A stretch of 64,000 nt of DNA from assembly GCA_034430425.1 (NCBI GenBank), contig DAOUEK010000032.1, forward strand, positions 11,890 to 75,889, given 5' to 3'. The notes under the pieces were generated by a model. It was not told the origin of the DNA and did no database searches. It was given only the letters and a program-made list of their open reading frames with translations. Within the stretch, counting starts at the first letter, position 1. Each line of letters starts with the position of its first letter. Positions 18,200-28,025 of this stretch are shown one piece after another. This stretch comes from Anaerolineales bacterium (lineage in GTDB: Bacteria; Chloroflexota; Anaerolineae; Anaerolineales; E44-bin32). Both the position numbers and the translations under genes were made by a program.

Positions 18200-19463
18200 C
18201 GTCCCCTCGTAAGATATAAAGCGCTTGCTTCTTTAGCTTTGCACGTTCTCGCTGATAGACATCCTCGACCAGTTCTCCAGCTTCGAAGGCATCATCCAGC
18301 GTTGCAATCGCCTTGATGAATGCCTGACAATCATCTTGGAGATTCTGTGGGATTGACTCAACTTCTCGATCTACCTGTTTCATACGAATGAATCGAAGCA
18401 GCCCAAACAGCGCCACAACGACCAACAAAATCGCAGCGGAGACATACCCGATCAACGCATTGCCCCCGTGTAACATGGCGGCCTTCGATCCAAGACGCAG
18501 CGTAAGTGCATCTCCAGCCTGCAACGTCCCCATACCATAGCTGCGTATGGAAAACCCGGCCACATCTCTGCGCCCTAAATCCTCCAGTTCATCGGCCTGG
18601 ACGGTGAGTTCTTCACTCACCAGCATGACAACCACGGCATCCACAGGGTAGATTAACCTTTGGGAATAATCAGATCCGGATTCGTAGGGCAGGGTGAAAG
18701 TAAAAACCAGCTCAGCCGGCTTCGCGGGTTGTACGGGTGCTCGATCGATGAATCCTGTATCGCTGAGAAGATAGCGTCCCTCCGGGCTGATGGAATCATT
18801 GATCCCCAAATTGGAGAACCCTGCCGGCAATCGAATATCGACAACCCCTGCGCCATCCCCCTCGATGACCGTTCGATCTTCAAGCCCGTCAATGATCCAT
18901 ACCTGCGTCACGCCGATCTGGTTTTCAGCAGCCAGTTCGAAGATCAAGTGCAATCGCCTGACGCGCAGCCCCGAGCAATCTTCCGTCGTTTCGAAGATCT
19001 GCAGCGAGAGATCGAGCGAAGCATCTCCCTCGGGAAAATAAAGCGCATCGGAGACATAACGCACTTCCTGGTAATCAACGTAAGTAAGATAGAACCTGTC
19101 CGGGACGATATCGACGTCATCGAAGGCAAATCGACCGTTCTTATCGACAATCGTTGTTGTGGAGAACACAAACGCCCCCTCGTCGGAGGCGACCAGAGTC
19201 ACCTCCAGATCGCCGGGCACCGATGCACCAGTTGTCTCATTCTCGATCACCCCGATGACGCTGCCCTTCGATGAGTAACTCCCCTGCTCTTGTGCTTCCG
19301 AAGGATGGGTTGCTTGAGCCCCGGCGCCCGTATACTGCCCAGGATTATCCGCGATGGGCGTTAGGCCACTATCAATTTGGGCCGGCGGGGTAATATCTCC
19401 CCCCAGCGAGCAGCCCGCCAGCGCGACCGGAAGTAAGGCCATCCACAAGCCGTGCTTGTTCAA
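18192..19463 (-). CDS. Hypothetical lipoprotein-like protein: ectodomain, C-terminal TM helix and a short cytosolic helix; embedded in the ccm operon
   Basis: ORF track 18192..19550, but the extended N-terminus overlaps the upstream gene. Candidate starts are TTG 19463 (TTGA overlap with the upstream stop) or ATG 19442, giving (MNKHGLW)MALLPVALAGCSLGG (lipobox). There is a late TM segment LIGYVSAAILLVVVALFGLL. The stop overlaps the ccmA start by 8 nt. Confidence 0.5.
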   Translation of the reverse strand: MNKHGLWMALLPVALAGCSLGGDITPPAQIDSGLTPIADNPGQYTGAGAQATHPSEAQEQGSYSSKGSVIGVIENETTGASVPGDLEVTLVASDEGAFVFSTTTIVDKNGRFAFDDVDIVPDRFYLTYVDYQEVRYVSDALYFPEGDASLDLSLQIFETTEDCSGLRVRRLHLIFELAAENQIGVTQVWIIDGLEDRTVIEGDGAGVVDIRLPAGFSNLGINDSISPEGRYLLSDTGFIDRAPVQPAKPAELVFTFTLPYESGSDYSQRLIYPVDAVVVMLVSEELTVQADELEDLGRRDVAGFSIRSYGMGTLQAGDALTLRLGSKAAMLHGGNALIGYVSAAILLVVVALFGLLRFIRMKQVDREVESIPQNLQDDCQAFIKAIATLDDAFEAGELVEDVYQRERAKLKKQALYILRGDDD

Positions 19464-19939
19464 CGTCCAATTTCCTGCGCAGAAAGTTTGGCGCCACAGG
19501 CGACACAGAATCGATCCCCAACCAGGACCTTCGCCCCACAATGCGCACAATGATCCTGCCCCCGACGGATCGTGGCCTGTCGCAATTGCGCCACAGCAGC
19601 TTCCAGTTCATCCTCCGAACTGCGTTCGCCATCCCCCCGCTCATCGTTGGCGAGAGACATCTTTAGCAATTCATCCAGCGCCTTGAGGTTTTCGGCGCCC
19701 TGCTGCAGTAAACGTGAGCGTTCTTCTTCGTAGCCTTCGTCATCAACCTTCCCAATGGCATGATCCATGTCCAATTCCTCGATCGAGGCCAGAATGCGAT
19801 CCTGTTGCGCTTGCAGCGACGATCGCTCTCGATCCACTTCTCGGATTCCTTCATGACGATACGCTGTAAGCGGACGGACAATGAAAACCCCTGCGATCGT
19901 CGCGATGGCTATGCCGATCAAGATAGCGACAAGATCCAT
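19460..19939 (-). CDS. Membrane-anchored zinc-ribbon protein, possibly a CcmI/CycH-N-terminal-like accessory factor
   Basis: ORF track 19460..20005. I prefer ATG 19939 (GGAG upstream), which gives MDLVAILIGIAIATIAGVFIV (TM). It continues with LEELDMDHAIGKVDDEGYEEERSRLLQQGAENL, which resembles the helix motif I recall from CcmI N-termini, and a C-terminal CAHCGAKVLVGDRFCVACGAKL zinc ribbon. Confidence 0.4.
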   Translation of the reverse strand: MDLVAILIGIAIATIAGVFIVRPLTAYRHEGIREVDRERSSLQAQQDRILASIEELDMDHAIGKVDDEGYEEERSRLLQQGAENLKALDELLKMSLANDERGDGERSSEDELEAAVAQLRQATIRRGQDHCAHCGAKVLVGDRFCVACGAKLSAQEIGR

Positions 19940-19982
19940 GTTTCTTCTCCAATCCTGCAAGTGGTGGAAATGTTCCTGCCGC

Positions 19983-20543
19983 TCAAGAATCCAGGGCCAT
20001 TTCAATCGCCTGCACGATCTCTTCCAGTGAGGTGTATGCGCCGATCTTCACACTGGAAAGGCGTCCGGCGGAATCGATGATGAAAGTCTCGGGAACGCCT
20101 TTGAGGCGATAATCTTTGTATATGCGGCCCGCCAGATCGGGGCCATTGGGATAGGTTATACCGAAACGCTGCAGATACTCAATTGCTTTGGCATCCGTGT
20201 CGGACCAGTCAACACCCAGAAATACAACTCCCCGCTCACGGTACATCTGATACGCCTGTTCCAATTCTACAGCCTCGTACACACAGGTTGTGCACCAGGA
20301 AGACCAGACGTTGACCACAATTACCTGCCCGCGCAATTCGCTTGTATCGATCCGATCGCCATCAAAGGTGTTCAATACAAAGTCCGGCACCGGTTCACCC
20401 ACCTTCAACGGACCGCGATTTGCCTGCAGTAATCCCAGGGTGAGCAAAGCCAATACCAGAAGAAGAAACGCCCCGGTGATAACGCCGCGCCAATTAATTG
20501 CAGCCTTATTTTTCTTTGAGTCTGCTATCGATTCTTCCATCAC
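19983..20543 (-). CDS. ccmG: Thiol:disulfide oxidoreductase CcmG/DsbE/ResA-like (TlpA family)
   Basis: ORF track, 186 aa. N-terminal TM helix and a thioredoxin fold with WSSWCTTC (CxxC). Confidence 0.8.
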   Translation of the reverse strand: MMEESIADSKKNKAAINWRGVITGAFLLLVLALLTLGLLQANRGPLKVGEPVPDFVLNTFDGDRIDTSELRGQVIVVNVWSSWCTTCVYEAVELEQAYQMYRERGVVFLGVDWSDTDAKAIEYLQRFGITYPNGPDLAGRIYKDYRLKGVPETFIIDSAGRLSSVKIGAYTSLEEIVQAIEMALDS

Positions 20544-20580
20544 GGTTCCAATTCCTGTTAACCATCGACATCGTTATCAA

Positions 20581-21069
20581 TCAAGCATCATCCTGACGCC
20601 GGCGAAGTTCGTCTTCCATGCGAGTCATGTAAAAATCCTGCTCATCCGGCGACAAGCCAGGGGACTCTACAGGCACGTGTTTCCGCCATCCTCGAACGGC
20701 ACGCATCAGTATTAAGATTCCCACGAATAGAATCAGCGGCGGGACAATGTAAATAAAGAGGTAAAATCCCTCTGCTGGAGGTTGTATCAAGATCTGCATC
20801 CCGTGCCGATCGACGAAATACTGAATGATTTCTTCCTCGCTCCATCCCGCAGAAAGTTTCTGGCGAATTTCTGCCCGCCAGTCAATACATGCCTGCGTTC
20901 CACAAACGTCAAGCGGTGTGTTCTCACAAACCGGGCAATAGAGCTGCCTGGCGATCGCATTGACATCATCATCCGTAGGCTGACCTTCCTGTGCGCTGGC
21001 GCGAACAACCGCAAAGGAAGTAATCACGACGATAAAACAACAAGCTGCTGTATTGATCTTCTTACGCAT
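20581..21069 (-). CDS. ccmH: Cytochrome c-type biogenesis protein CcmH/CycL
   Basis: ORF track, 162 aa. Signal peptide, the motif LYCPVCEN (CxxC) and a C-terminal TM helix. Confidence 0.8.
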   Translation of the reverse strand: MRKKINTAACCFIVVITSFAVVRASAQEGQPTDDDVNAIARQLYCPVCENTPLDVCGTQACIDWRAEIRQKLSAGWSEEEIIQYFVDRHGMQILIQPPAEGFYLFIYIVPPLILFVGILILMRAVRGWRKHVPVESPGLSPDEQDFYMTRMEDELRRRQDDA

Positions 21070-21085
21070 GCCGCTCCTCTCTCAA

Positions 21086-23140
21086 TCAAGCACGCGCTGC
21101 AGACAAACTCGCTCCGGGCCTGCGACGTATGTTTTCCCGATCTTTCTCCGGCCAGGCGGCAACGGCGGTCCCCAGGATAAACACTGCCGCTCCCAGCCAT
21201 AGACAGGTCATCAACGGGGTATGATAGACCTTGAAAGTAGCCCCTTCCAAACCAATCGACTCCCATCCAACCAGGAGCACTTTGAGATCCGCATTCAATC
21301 TCGAACGCAGCCCCGGAACCGCCATCGACTGACGGGAATCTGGGAAATAATCTTGACGGGGATAAATCTCTCCCAGCAGCCGCCCATCCCGAAAAATCGA
21401 AACCACTGCACGCGTAATGAATTGTCCTCCCGGTATATAAAACTGCGTTAAAGAATCATAACGCAGTTCATACCCTTCCAGGCTGAGGCTCTCGCCTACG
21501 GCCAGGGCACCTTGTGTTTCTGATTGGTACAATTCCGCGCCGATGATTCCCAACGCCATGAGCACGACCCCAAGATGGATGATGTAACCGCCATAGCGAC
21601 GTCGATTTCTTCGAAACAAGCTCAATAAGCCGATTAGAAAATACTCTCCATGGCGCTTTTGCCTGGCACGAGCACCACGCCAGAATTCATACCCTGTTAC
21701 TGCCACGACGAAAGCGAGAGTCCAGATACCCAGATAAGCAGCAAAATTGCGGATTCCAAAGAAAAATAGAGTGATGGGGATCAACAATGAGAATCCGAAG
21801 GGAATCCAAATCGACCGCCCGAGCGTCTTGGCAGAATGTCGTCCATAAGCCGAGAGAGGCGCCAAACCCATTAGAACTAATAATATGAACATAAGTGGCG
21901 CCGAGATGCTCTCGTACCAATCCGGACCGACGCTTTGCTTCATACCTGTGAACACTTCCGATAGAATAGGGAAATTCACGCCCAATATATAAACCGCAGC
22001 AAGAATGACAAAGAGTAGATTGTTCAGCAGAAAGAGCATCTCACGTGACAACCAGGAAACCAGGGGATGCTCTCCCCTCAACATATCCCACTGCCGAATA
22101 AGCAAAATCGCCGAAGAGATAAACATGAATGCGATAAAGATCAGAAACACCGGCCCGATTGCGGATTGGGCGAAGGTGTGAACCGAATCAATCACTCCCG
22201 AGCGGGTCAGGAAGGTTCCATAGATGACCAGGGAATAGGTCAGGATGATCAAGAACATGTTCCACTGCTTGAACATGTCGCGCTTCTCCTGCACCATAAC
22301 CGAGTGCAAGAATGCGGTGCCAACAAGCCAGGGGATAAGCGCCGCGAGTTCAACAGCATCCCATCCCCAGTAGCCGCCCCAGCCCAACACATCGTATGCC
22401 CATCGGGAGCCCAGAACCAATCCCAGGGAGAGAAACAACCAGGCAACCAGGGTCCAGCGACGGGTGATGCGAATCCAACGGTCATCGCTGCGGCCTGTGA
22501 TCAATGCGGCAATCGCAAAGGCGTAGGGGATGACGAATGACACAAAACCCAAATAGAGCATCGGGGGATGGATAATCATCCCCGGATGGCGCAGCAATGG
22601 ATTCAAACCGAGACCATCGGAGGGGACAAACGGCATCGTACCTGACGGTTGCAGCATGGCTAAAACCTGTTGACCAGAGCCCGTGATCCACAAACGGCGA
22701 AAGGGGTTTTCGAAGAAAACAACCAGGGAGAGGAAGAAGAGCAGTGTGACCATGGTGACAAATATGACCCACGGCAGGAACTCGCGGTCCCGATCCCATT
22801 TGCGAACACTTACCACAAATGCGCAAGCCGCCATCATCCAGGTCCAAAACAACAGGGAACCCGCCTGCCCTCCCCACAGCGCGGTTATTTTGAGGTACAT
22901 CGGCATGGCGTTGCTTGTAACCGATGCCACGTATTGAATCTGATACTGACCATCGACAAGCAGCCAGATCAGCGCCAGCGTCGGCAGTGTGATCAGCGGC
23001 CAAGCCAGCAGCATGCCATGTCGGGCGCTCTCAACGTAACTCGGCCTATCATTTCGGGCACCATAGAACGCCGCAACAGCGCTGTACAGCGCCGTCAACA
23101 ACGCAAGGATGAGAGAAATAAAGCCGATATCCGCAATCAA
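21086..23140 (-). CDS. ccmF: Cytochrome c heme lyase subunit CcmF
   Basis: ORF track 21086..23167, polytopic. Contains the WWD motif LGWGGYWGWDAVE. I place the start at TTG 23140 (MIADIGFISL...) because GGAGGG lies 5 nt upstream. Confidence 0.85.
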   Translation of the reverse strand: MIADIGFISLILALLTALYSAVAAFYGARNDRPSYVESARHGMLLAWPLITLPTLALIWLLVDGQYQIQYVASVTSNAMPMYLKITALWGGQAGSLLFWTWMMAACAFVVSVRKWDRDREFLPWVIFVTMVTLLFFLSLVVFFENPFRRLWITGSGQQVLAMLQPSGTMPFVPSDGLGLNPLLRHPGMIIHPPMLYLGFVSFVIPYAFAIAALITGRSDDRWIRITRRWTLVAWLFLSLGLVLGSRWAYDVLGWGGYWGWDAVELAALIPWLVGTAFLHSVMVQEKRDMFKQWNMFLIILTYSLVIYGTFLTRSGVIDSVHTFAQSAIGPVFLIFIAFMFISSAILLIRQWDMLRGEHPLVSWLSREMLFLLNNLLFVILAAVYILGVNFPILSEVFTGMKQSVGPDWYESISAPLMFILLVLMGLAPLSAYGRHSAKTLGRSIWIPFGFSLLIPITLFFFGIRNFAAYLGIWTLAFVVAVTGYEFWRGARARQKRHGEYFLIGLLSLFRRNRRRYGGYIIHLGVVLMALGIIGAELYQSETQGALAVGESLSLEGYELRYDSLTQFYIPGGQFITRAVVSIFRDGRLLGEIYPRQDYFPDSRQSMAVPGLRSRLNADLKVLLVGWESIGLEGATFKVYHTPLMTCLWLGAAVFILGTAVAAWPEKDRENIRRRPGASLSAARA

Positions 23141-23257
23141 ATCGCCCTCCGCACTATACCCGCACACATCGAATGATCGATGCGCTGTTTATACTTCACA
23201 TCAACCCATGCGTCGCAGCCTGAAGAAGAGAACTTTGCATACCCCTGTGCCCGGGAT

Positions 23258-23779
23258 TCATTCTTCTTCGGCTTGAAGCGGCAACTCGTCTTCATAACGC
23301 GTCGGGCATTTGAGTAGCAGTTCATCCGCATAGAAAACACCATCATCGCCGATTTGGCCGGTGATGATCGCTTGCGCCTCGTGACGCAGCAAATCGGGCT
23401 TCGGCCCAATATACTCCACCTGAAGACGAGATGCTGTCGGATCATTGACCGCGCGATAAAGCACTTCTGACAGTCCGCCAGCCTGTTCGATGACATTCAT
23501 ATCTGCCGGGATATTGACCAATGTAAAGCGTAAAGTTAACGCCTCAGAATCGTAGTAGATCGTTTCTCCGTCGACGGCACCCGAGATTTTTAGATTGCGG
23601 GCTCGAACTTCCTCCCCCCTGGCGAGCAGTTCATCGATCGTGAGATAGTATTGCGCAGCTGTAGCGGTGGAAGATACGATCAAATAAATCAACGCCCCCA
23701 GGATCATCAATCCGCCGATGAATAACTTTCCCCGGCCTATAGACCCCTCATCCATATTGCCTTTTGTAGCACACGTCAT
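23258..23779 (-). CDS. ccmE: Heme chaperone CcmE, CXXXY variant
   Basis: ORF track 23258..23818. ATG 23779 has GGGGAGG about 9 nt upstream. It has an N-terminal TM helix (LFIGGLMILGALIYLIV), an OB-fold-like body, and LLLKCPTRYEDE near the C-terminus where canonical CcmE has H-x-x-x-Y. Confidence 0.75.
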   Translation of the reverse strand: MTCATKGNMDEGSIGRGKLFIGGLMILGALIYLIVSSTATAAQYYLTIDELLARGEEVRARNLKISGAVDGETIYYDSEALTLRFTLVNIPADMNVIEQAGGLSEVLYRAVNDPTASRLQVEYIGPKPDLLRHEAQAIITGQIGDDGVFYADELLLKCPTRYEDELPLQAEEE

Positions 23780-24024
23780 GCAAATCGCCTCCCCAAGAAT
23801 AAATGCTTCAGGAAACACGCATCTACTCGATAGAGCATCAATCTCGTCTCAATCCCACCACGGTCACAAACACTATCACGTGAGTATCTTCACACAAACA
23901 CATTAATACAACATGAAAGCACTGATTGCTTAATTATAGGCTTCTCATTGGAAGGAAAACCTGCGAACGGGGAAAAATGATCGTGAGAAAATTGGCGCCG
24001 CAAAAAGCCCAGCGCGATTAACCA

Positions 24025-24954
24025 CTATCCCCGTCGCAATTTTGTGCCGCAGTTCCGGCAGAAGTTATCATCGCGATGTGCACGCGTGCCGCAATAATGA
24101 CAGAACCGTTCCGCCCGAGTGGTTTGACCGGGTTCTGCTTCGTTATTCTTTTGTTCTTTTTCCCCGAACCAACTGCCGCTCCCCATTCCAGGGTGTAGAC
24201 GAGACCAGAAGATGAATCCGAAAATGAGTATCAAGGCACCAAATCCACCGATCACATACGGCAGCCAGGCACTCACATCCGGTGTACTGCCTTGCGTTTC
24301 CTCGGGCCTGATAATCGTCGCCGGATTGGTAAGTTGTCCGATGGTATTGGTGTAGGAAACATCAACCTGAATGCTTTGCGAAGTTGTTAATGCCCCAAAA
24401 TCAACAACGTGATATTTCAAACCTCCATCTTCAACGATATCCGCTGCGCCTGATACATGCATCGACTCGGCAGTCTTGGGTTGTTGTACCTTGCAGCGAA
24501 ACGATCCGATTTCGAAACCGCCCAACCATTGAAACGTGTAGCTGCGCTCGCTGCCTTCCAATGTGAGCGCGTCGTAATATTCCAGCCAAATACCCGATGT
24601 ATCTGTCTCTATTACAATCCTGATCCACTCACCATCTTCCACACTACTCCATCGAACCTGATCATTCGGCCCAGTGTTGGGATCCCATTTCGCAACAGCC
24701 GACGGGCCTCCCACACGTCTCGGAATGGAAAGTTCGACCGTCGTTGGCAGTAGGACGTCGTCCGCCAATTGTAGTCGCAGGATAACGAGCATCTCGAGTC
24801 GATCATACTCCGGCCATAAATCTATCTCGAGTCGCTCAACACGCGGCACGTCTTGGGCCAATATCGAGGAAGGTATGAGGTATGAAGCAATGAAGAGTAT
24901 AAAAAAAACACGCTTTCGCATGGAAACCCGGATGAGTTGCTTGATAGTTAACAC
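24025..24954 (-). CDS. Hypothetical membrane protein: signal peptide, ectodomain, TM helix and a cytosolic zinc ribbon
   Basis: ORF track, 309 aa. Signal-like FFILFIASYLIPSSILAQD, late TM LPYVIGGFGALILIFGFIFW, and C-terminal CHYCGTRAHRDDNFCRNCGTKL. The start is uncertain (GTG 24954 or ATG 24921). Confidence 0.45.
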   Translation of the reverse strand: MLTIKQLIRVSMRKRVFFILFIASYLIPSSILAQDVPRVERLEIDLWPEYDRLEMLVILRLQLADDVLLPTTVELSIPRRVGGPSAVAKWDPNTGPNDQVRWSSVEDGEWIRIVIETDTSGIWLEYYDALTLEGSERSYTFQWLGGFEIGSFRCKVQQPKTAESMHVSGAADIVEDGGLKYHVVDFGALTTSQSIQVDVSYTNTIGQLTNPATIIRPEETQGSTPDVSAWLPYVIGGFGALILIFGFIFWSRLHPGMGSGSWFGEKEQKNNEAEPGQTTRAERFCHYCGTRAHRDDNFCRNCGTKLRRG

Positions 24955-25227
24955 TTAATCCACCTGCAAACGGCGTATCTGCACCGAAACCTGGCCTGCG
25001 TTTCCTGTCATGCAATCACTCCTTGTGGCGATATTTCAAAAGGTAGACTTGTAACCGAGATACGTGGGATGCAGTCAATGCCACGTGCACATGCAGCAAT
25101 TATATTATTAGCACACGCCCAGCGATGTGTCAATTTTGACCACCCACCCATGCCTCCTGGTGATGATGCGGCGAAAAACGCCTTCAGTTGTACAATCCAT
25201 CCTGTGATCCTGAACTGAACGTGTATA

Positions 25228-26385
25228 ATGATAGCCATGAATTCCACCCAACTTAAACCACCAAAACTCGTCGCGGACAACGATTCTCTCCGTTCGATGT
25301 TGAAATCACTCGGCAGACAACCTCTTGTCGCTGTAGATACCGAATCGAACAGCATGTACGCATATCAGGAGCAAGTCTGCCTGATCCAATTCTCGATACC
25401 GGACCAGGACTACCTGGTCGATCCTCTGGCATTCTCGTCGTTAAGCGATCTGGGTCCACTTTTCTCCGATCCCCAAATCGAGAAAATCTTCCACAGTGCG
25501 GAATACGACATCATGTGTTTGAAACGTGATTTTGGATTCACATTTCACAATTTGTTCGACACACGCATCGCCAGCCGCACATTGGGCAGAAAACAAAGCG
25601 GGCTGCGCGATCTGATCGCTGCGGAGTTCAATACTGAGATTGATAAACGCTATCAACGATCCAACTGGGGAAAAAGACCGCTTCCAGATCAATGGCTCGC
25701 ATACGCCAGGCTGGATACATACTACCTTATCCCGCTGCGCCATCGTTTCTATGCAGCGCTCCATGAAGCAGGACGGTTGGAAGAAGCACTCGAAGCTTCC
25801 GAATACATCACCCGGATACAACCCCACCATAACGGCTTTGATCCCAATGGCTTCTGGCGAATCCGCAACGCACGCGAACTTGCACCACAGCAATTGGCTA
25901 TGCTCCGTCGTCTTTATCTCTACCGGGACTCACAAGCCAAACGCATGGACCGGCCTCCGTTCAAAGTAATGGGTGATCGAACCCTGCACGACCTGGCTGC
26001 TGCGGCGCCCGATCGGATCGAGGCGTTGGGCGAGATCCACGGCATGACTCCCGGGCAGATCCGCCGACTTGGCGAAGGAATCCTCGAAGCCATCCGCCAA
26101 GGAAAAAGAGACCCGATTCCGCGTCGTCCCCGAAGCAATCACATAGACGATGATATCCTCGAAAGATATGAAGCACTTCACGACTGGCGCAAGCGGACAG
26201 CCCGAGCGAAAAAAGTCGATTCGGACATCATCCTGCCGCGTGAGGTGCTTATGGACATTGCCGAATCCACTCCGCGCAGCATGGATGCGCTGCGACAGGT
26301 GATGTCTCCGCTTATGCATCGAGCGGAGAACTTTGGAGAAATGATCCTCCAGGTCCTATGGGGAGACAATAACATTCACGAATGA
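25228..26385 (+). CDS. rnd: Ribonuclease D (DEDD 3'-5' exonuclease plus HRDC domain)
   Basis: ORF track, 385 aa. Exo motifs VAVDTESNSMYAYQEQVCLIQF, HSAEYDIMCL and YARLDTYYL, with a C-terminal HRDC-like region. Confidence 0.85.
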   Translation: MIAMNSTQLKPPKLVADNDSLRSMLKSLGRQPLVAVDTESNSMYAYQEQVCLIQFSIPDQDYLVDPLAFSSLSDLGPLFSDPQIEKIFHSAEYDIMCLKRDFGFTFHNLFDTRIASRTLGRKQSGLRDLIAAEFNTEIDKRYQRSNWGKRPLPDQWLAYARLDTYYLIPLRHRFYAALHEAGRLEEALEASEYITRIQPHHNGFDPNGFWRIRNARELAPQQLAMLRRLYLYRDSQAKRMDRPPFKVMGDRTLHDLAAAAPDRIEALGEIHGMTPGQIRRLGEGILEAIRQGKRDPIPRRPRSNHIDDDILERYEALHDWRKRTARAKKVDSDIILPREVLMDIAESTPRSMDALRQVMSPLMHRAENFGEMILQVLWGDNNIHE

Positions 26386-26392
26386 GGCAAGC

Positions 26393-27793
26393 ATGAAAAT
26401 TACATTCCACGGCGCCGCACAAACGGTTACCGGTTCCCGACACTTAATCAGTCTTAACAAGCATAGATTGCTGCTTGATTGCGGACTTTACCAGGGTCGC
26501 CGCAAACAAACGTACGAACGGAATCTCAATTTTCCATTCAATCCCAAGAAGATCGACTCCGTGATCCTCTCCCATGCGCATATCGATCACAGCGGGAATT
26601 TACCCAACCTGGTCCGTCAGGGCTATGAAGGTCCAATCGATGCGACACAGGCGACCATTCATCTTACCGACATCATGACCCGCGATTCCGGCCACATTCA
26701 AGAGGCGGACGCGGAATTTGTCAACAAGAAACGCGAACGCCGCGGAGAGCCCCCAGTCGAACCACTCTATACCATCGCCGATGCCGAAAAGGCGGCTCAG
26801 TTCCTGAGTCCAAAAAGCTACGACGAACTCTTCGAACCGATTCCGGGCGCACGAGCAACTTTGCTTGAAGCGGGGCACATCCTCGGATCGGCCGGGATCA
26901 TTCTCGATTTGGAAGAAAACCATCGCACGGTTCGGTTGATGTTTTCGGGGGACATCGGCCGCTTCGATCTTCCCATTCTGCGGGATCCCGTCCTGCCTCC
27001 CGAGGACATCGATTACCTGATAATGGAATGCACCTACGGAAACCGTTCCCACAATCCACCGTCGCAAGCCTACGATGCCTTACAGGACGTAGTTACACGC
27101 ACCGTCAATCGCGGCGGCAAGATCATCATCCCTTCATTCGCAGTCGGTCGCACGCAAACACTGGTGTACTACCTTCACCGCATGATCAACCACGGAGATA
27201 TCCCTCGCGTGCCGGTATTCGTGGACAGCCCGCTTGCCATCAATGTCACCGAGATCACCCGCGCTCACCCCGAATGTTACGACAAGAAGATATTAAAATT
27301 CATCCGCGAAAACACCAACGGCTCGGCTTTCGGCTTCGATCTTCTCACCTACACCCGCTCCGTGGAAGAAAGCAAAGCGATCAACACACTCGACGGGCCT
27401 GCAGTGATCATTTCCGCTTCCGGCATGGCGGAAGTGGGACGTATCCTGCATCACCTGCGAAACAACATCGAAGATCCTAAAAACACCATCCTGATCACCT
27501 CATGGATGGCACCGCACACACTCGGCCGCAGATTGGTCGAAGGGGTGAAAAAAATCAAGATCTTCGGTGAACCCCACACCGTCCGCTCCGAAGTGGCCAC
27601 GATCAACGGCCTGTCTGCACACGCGGGACGGGAGCTCCTGTTGGAATATGCCCTGAAAGCGAAAGAGAACTTGAAAGGTATTTTCCTGGTCCACGGCGAG
27701 CAAGAATCCGCCGATGCTCTGATGGAAAGTATCAAAGCACAAGGATTCGAGAAGGTACATTACCCCGAATTGGGTAGAGAAGTGGAAATATAG
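26393..27793 (+). CDS. MBL-fold metallo-hydrolase of the beta-CASP RNA-metabolising type
   Basis: ORF track, 466 aa. HxHxDH motif LSHAHIDHSGNLP. The length and C-terminal region match the beta-CASP/RMMBL architecture. It starts 7 nt after rnd. Confidence 0.8.
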   Translation: MKITFHGAAQTVTGSRHLISLNKHRLLLDCGLYQGRRKQTYERNLNFPFNPKKIDSVILSHAHIDHSGNLPNLVRQGYEGPIDATQATIHLTDIMTRDSGHIQEADAEFVNKKRERRGEPPVEPLYTIADAEKAAQFLSPKSYDELFEPIPGARATLLEAGHILGSAGIILDLEENHRTVRLMFSGDIGRFDLPILRDPVLPPEDIDYLIMECTYGNRSHNPPSQAYDALQDVVTRTVNRGGKIIIPSFAVGRTQTLVYYLHRMINHGDIPRVPVFVDSPLAINVTEITRAHPECYDKKILKFIRENTNGSAFGFDLLTYTRSVEESKAINTLDGPAVIISASGMAEVGRILHHLRNNIEDPKNTILITSWMAPHTLGRRLVEGVKKIKIFGEPHTVRSEVATINGLSAHAGRELLLEYALKAKENLKGIFLVHGEQESADALMESIKAQGFEKVHYPELGREVEI

Positions 27794-27811
27794 ACCAGCC
27801 CGCGCTATAAT
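27783..27811 (+). promoter_or_regulatory. Candidate promoter for tRNA-Ser
   Basis: TGGAAA (27783-27788), a 17-nt spacer and TATAAT (27806-27811). The tRNA starts 16 nt after the -10 box. Confidence 0.4.
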
Positions 27812-27826
27812 CGCATCACGGTACAT

Positions 27827-27920
<94 letters not shown>

Positions 27921-27930
27921 ATCGAAATTT

Positions 27931-27957
27931 TCCGGAGGCGATACGCCTCCGGATTTT
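27931..27957 (+). terminator. Rho-independent terminator after tRNA-Ser
   Basis: TCCGGAGGCG-ATA-CGCCTCCGGA (10-bp stem, 3-nt loop) followed by TTTT. Confidence 0.75.
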
Positions 27958-28025
27958 CGTTACTCCTATGGGGATTTCGGCTTCGAAATGAATTCGCCAG
28001 CGAGCGATGGACGAAGCATCAAATA

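Noticed and set aside
25216-25230. A TATAAT box 7 nt upstream of the rnd ATG, suggesting a leaderless transcript.
   Set aside because: I found no acceptable -35 element at 16-18 nt spacing, and the TG preceding the hexamer is not in the extended -10 register. This is too weak to report as a feature.
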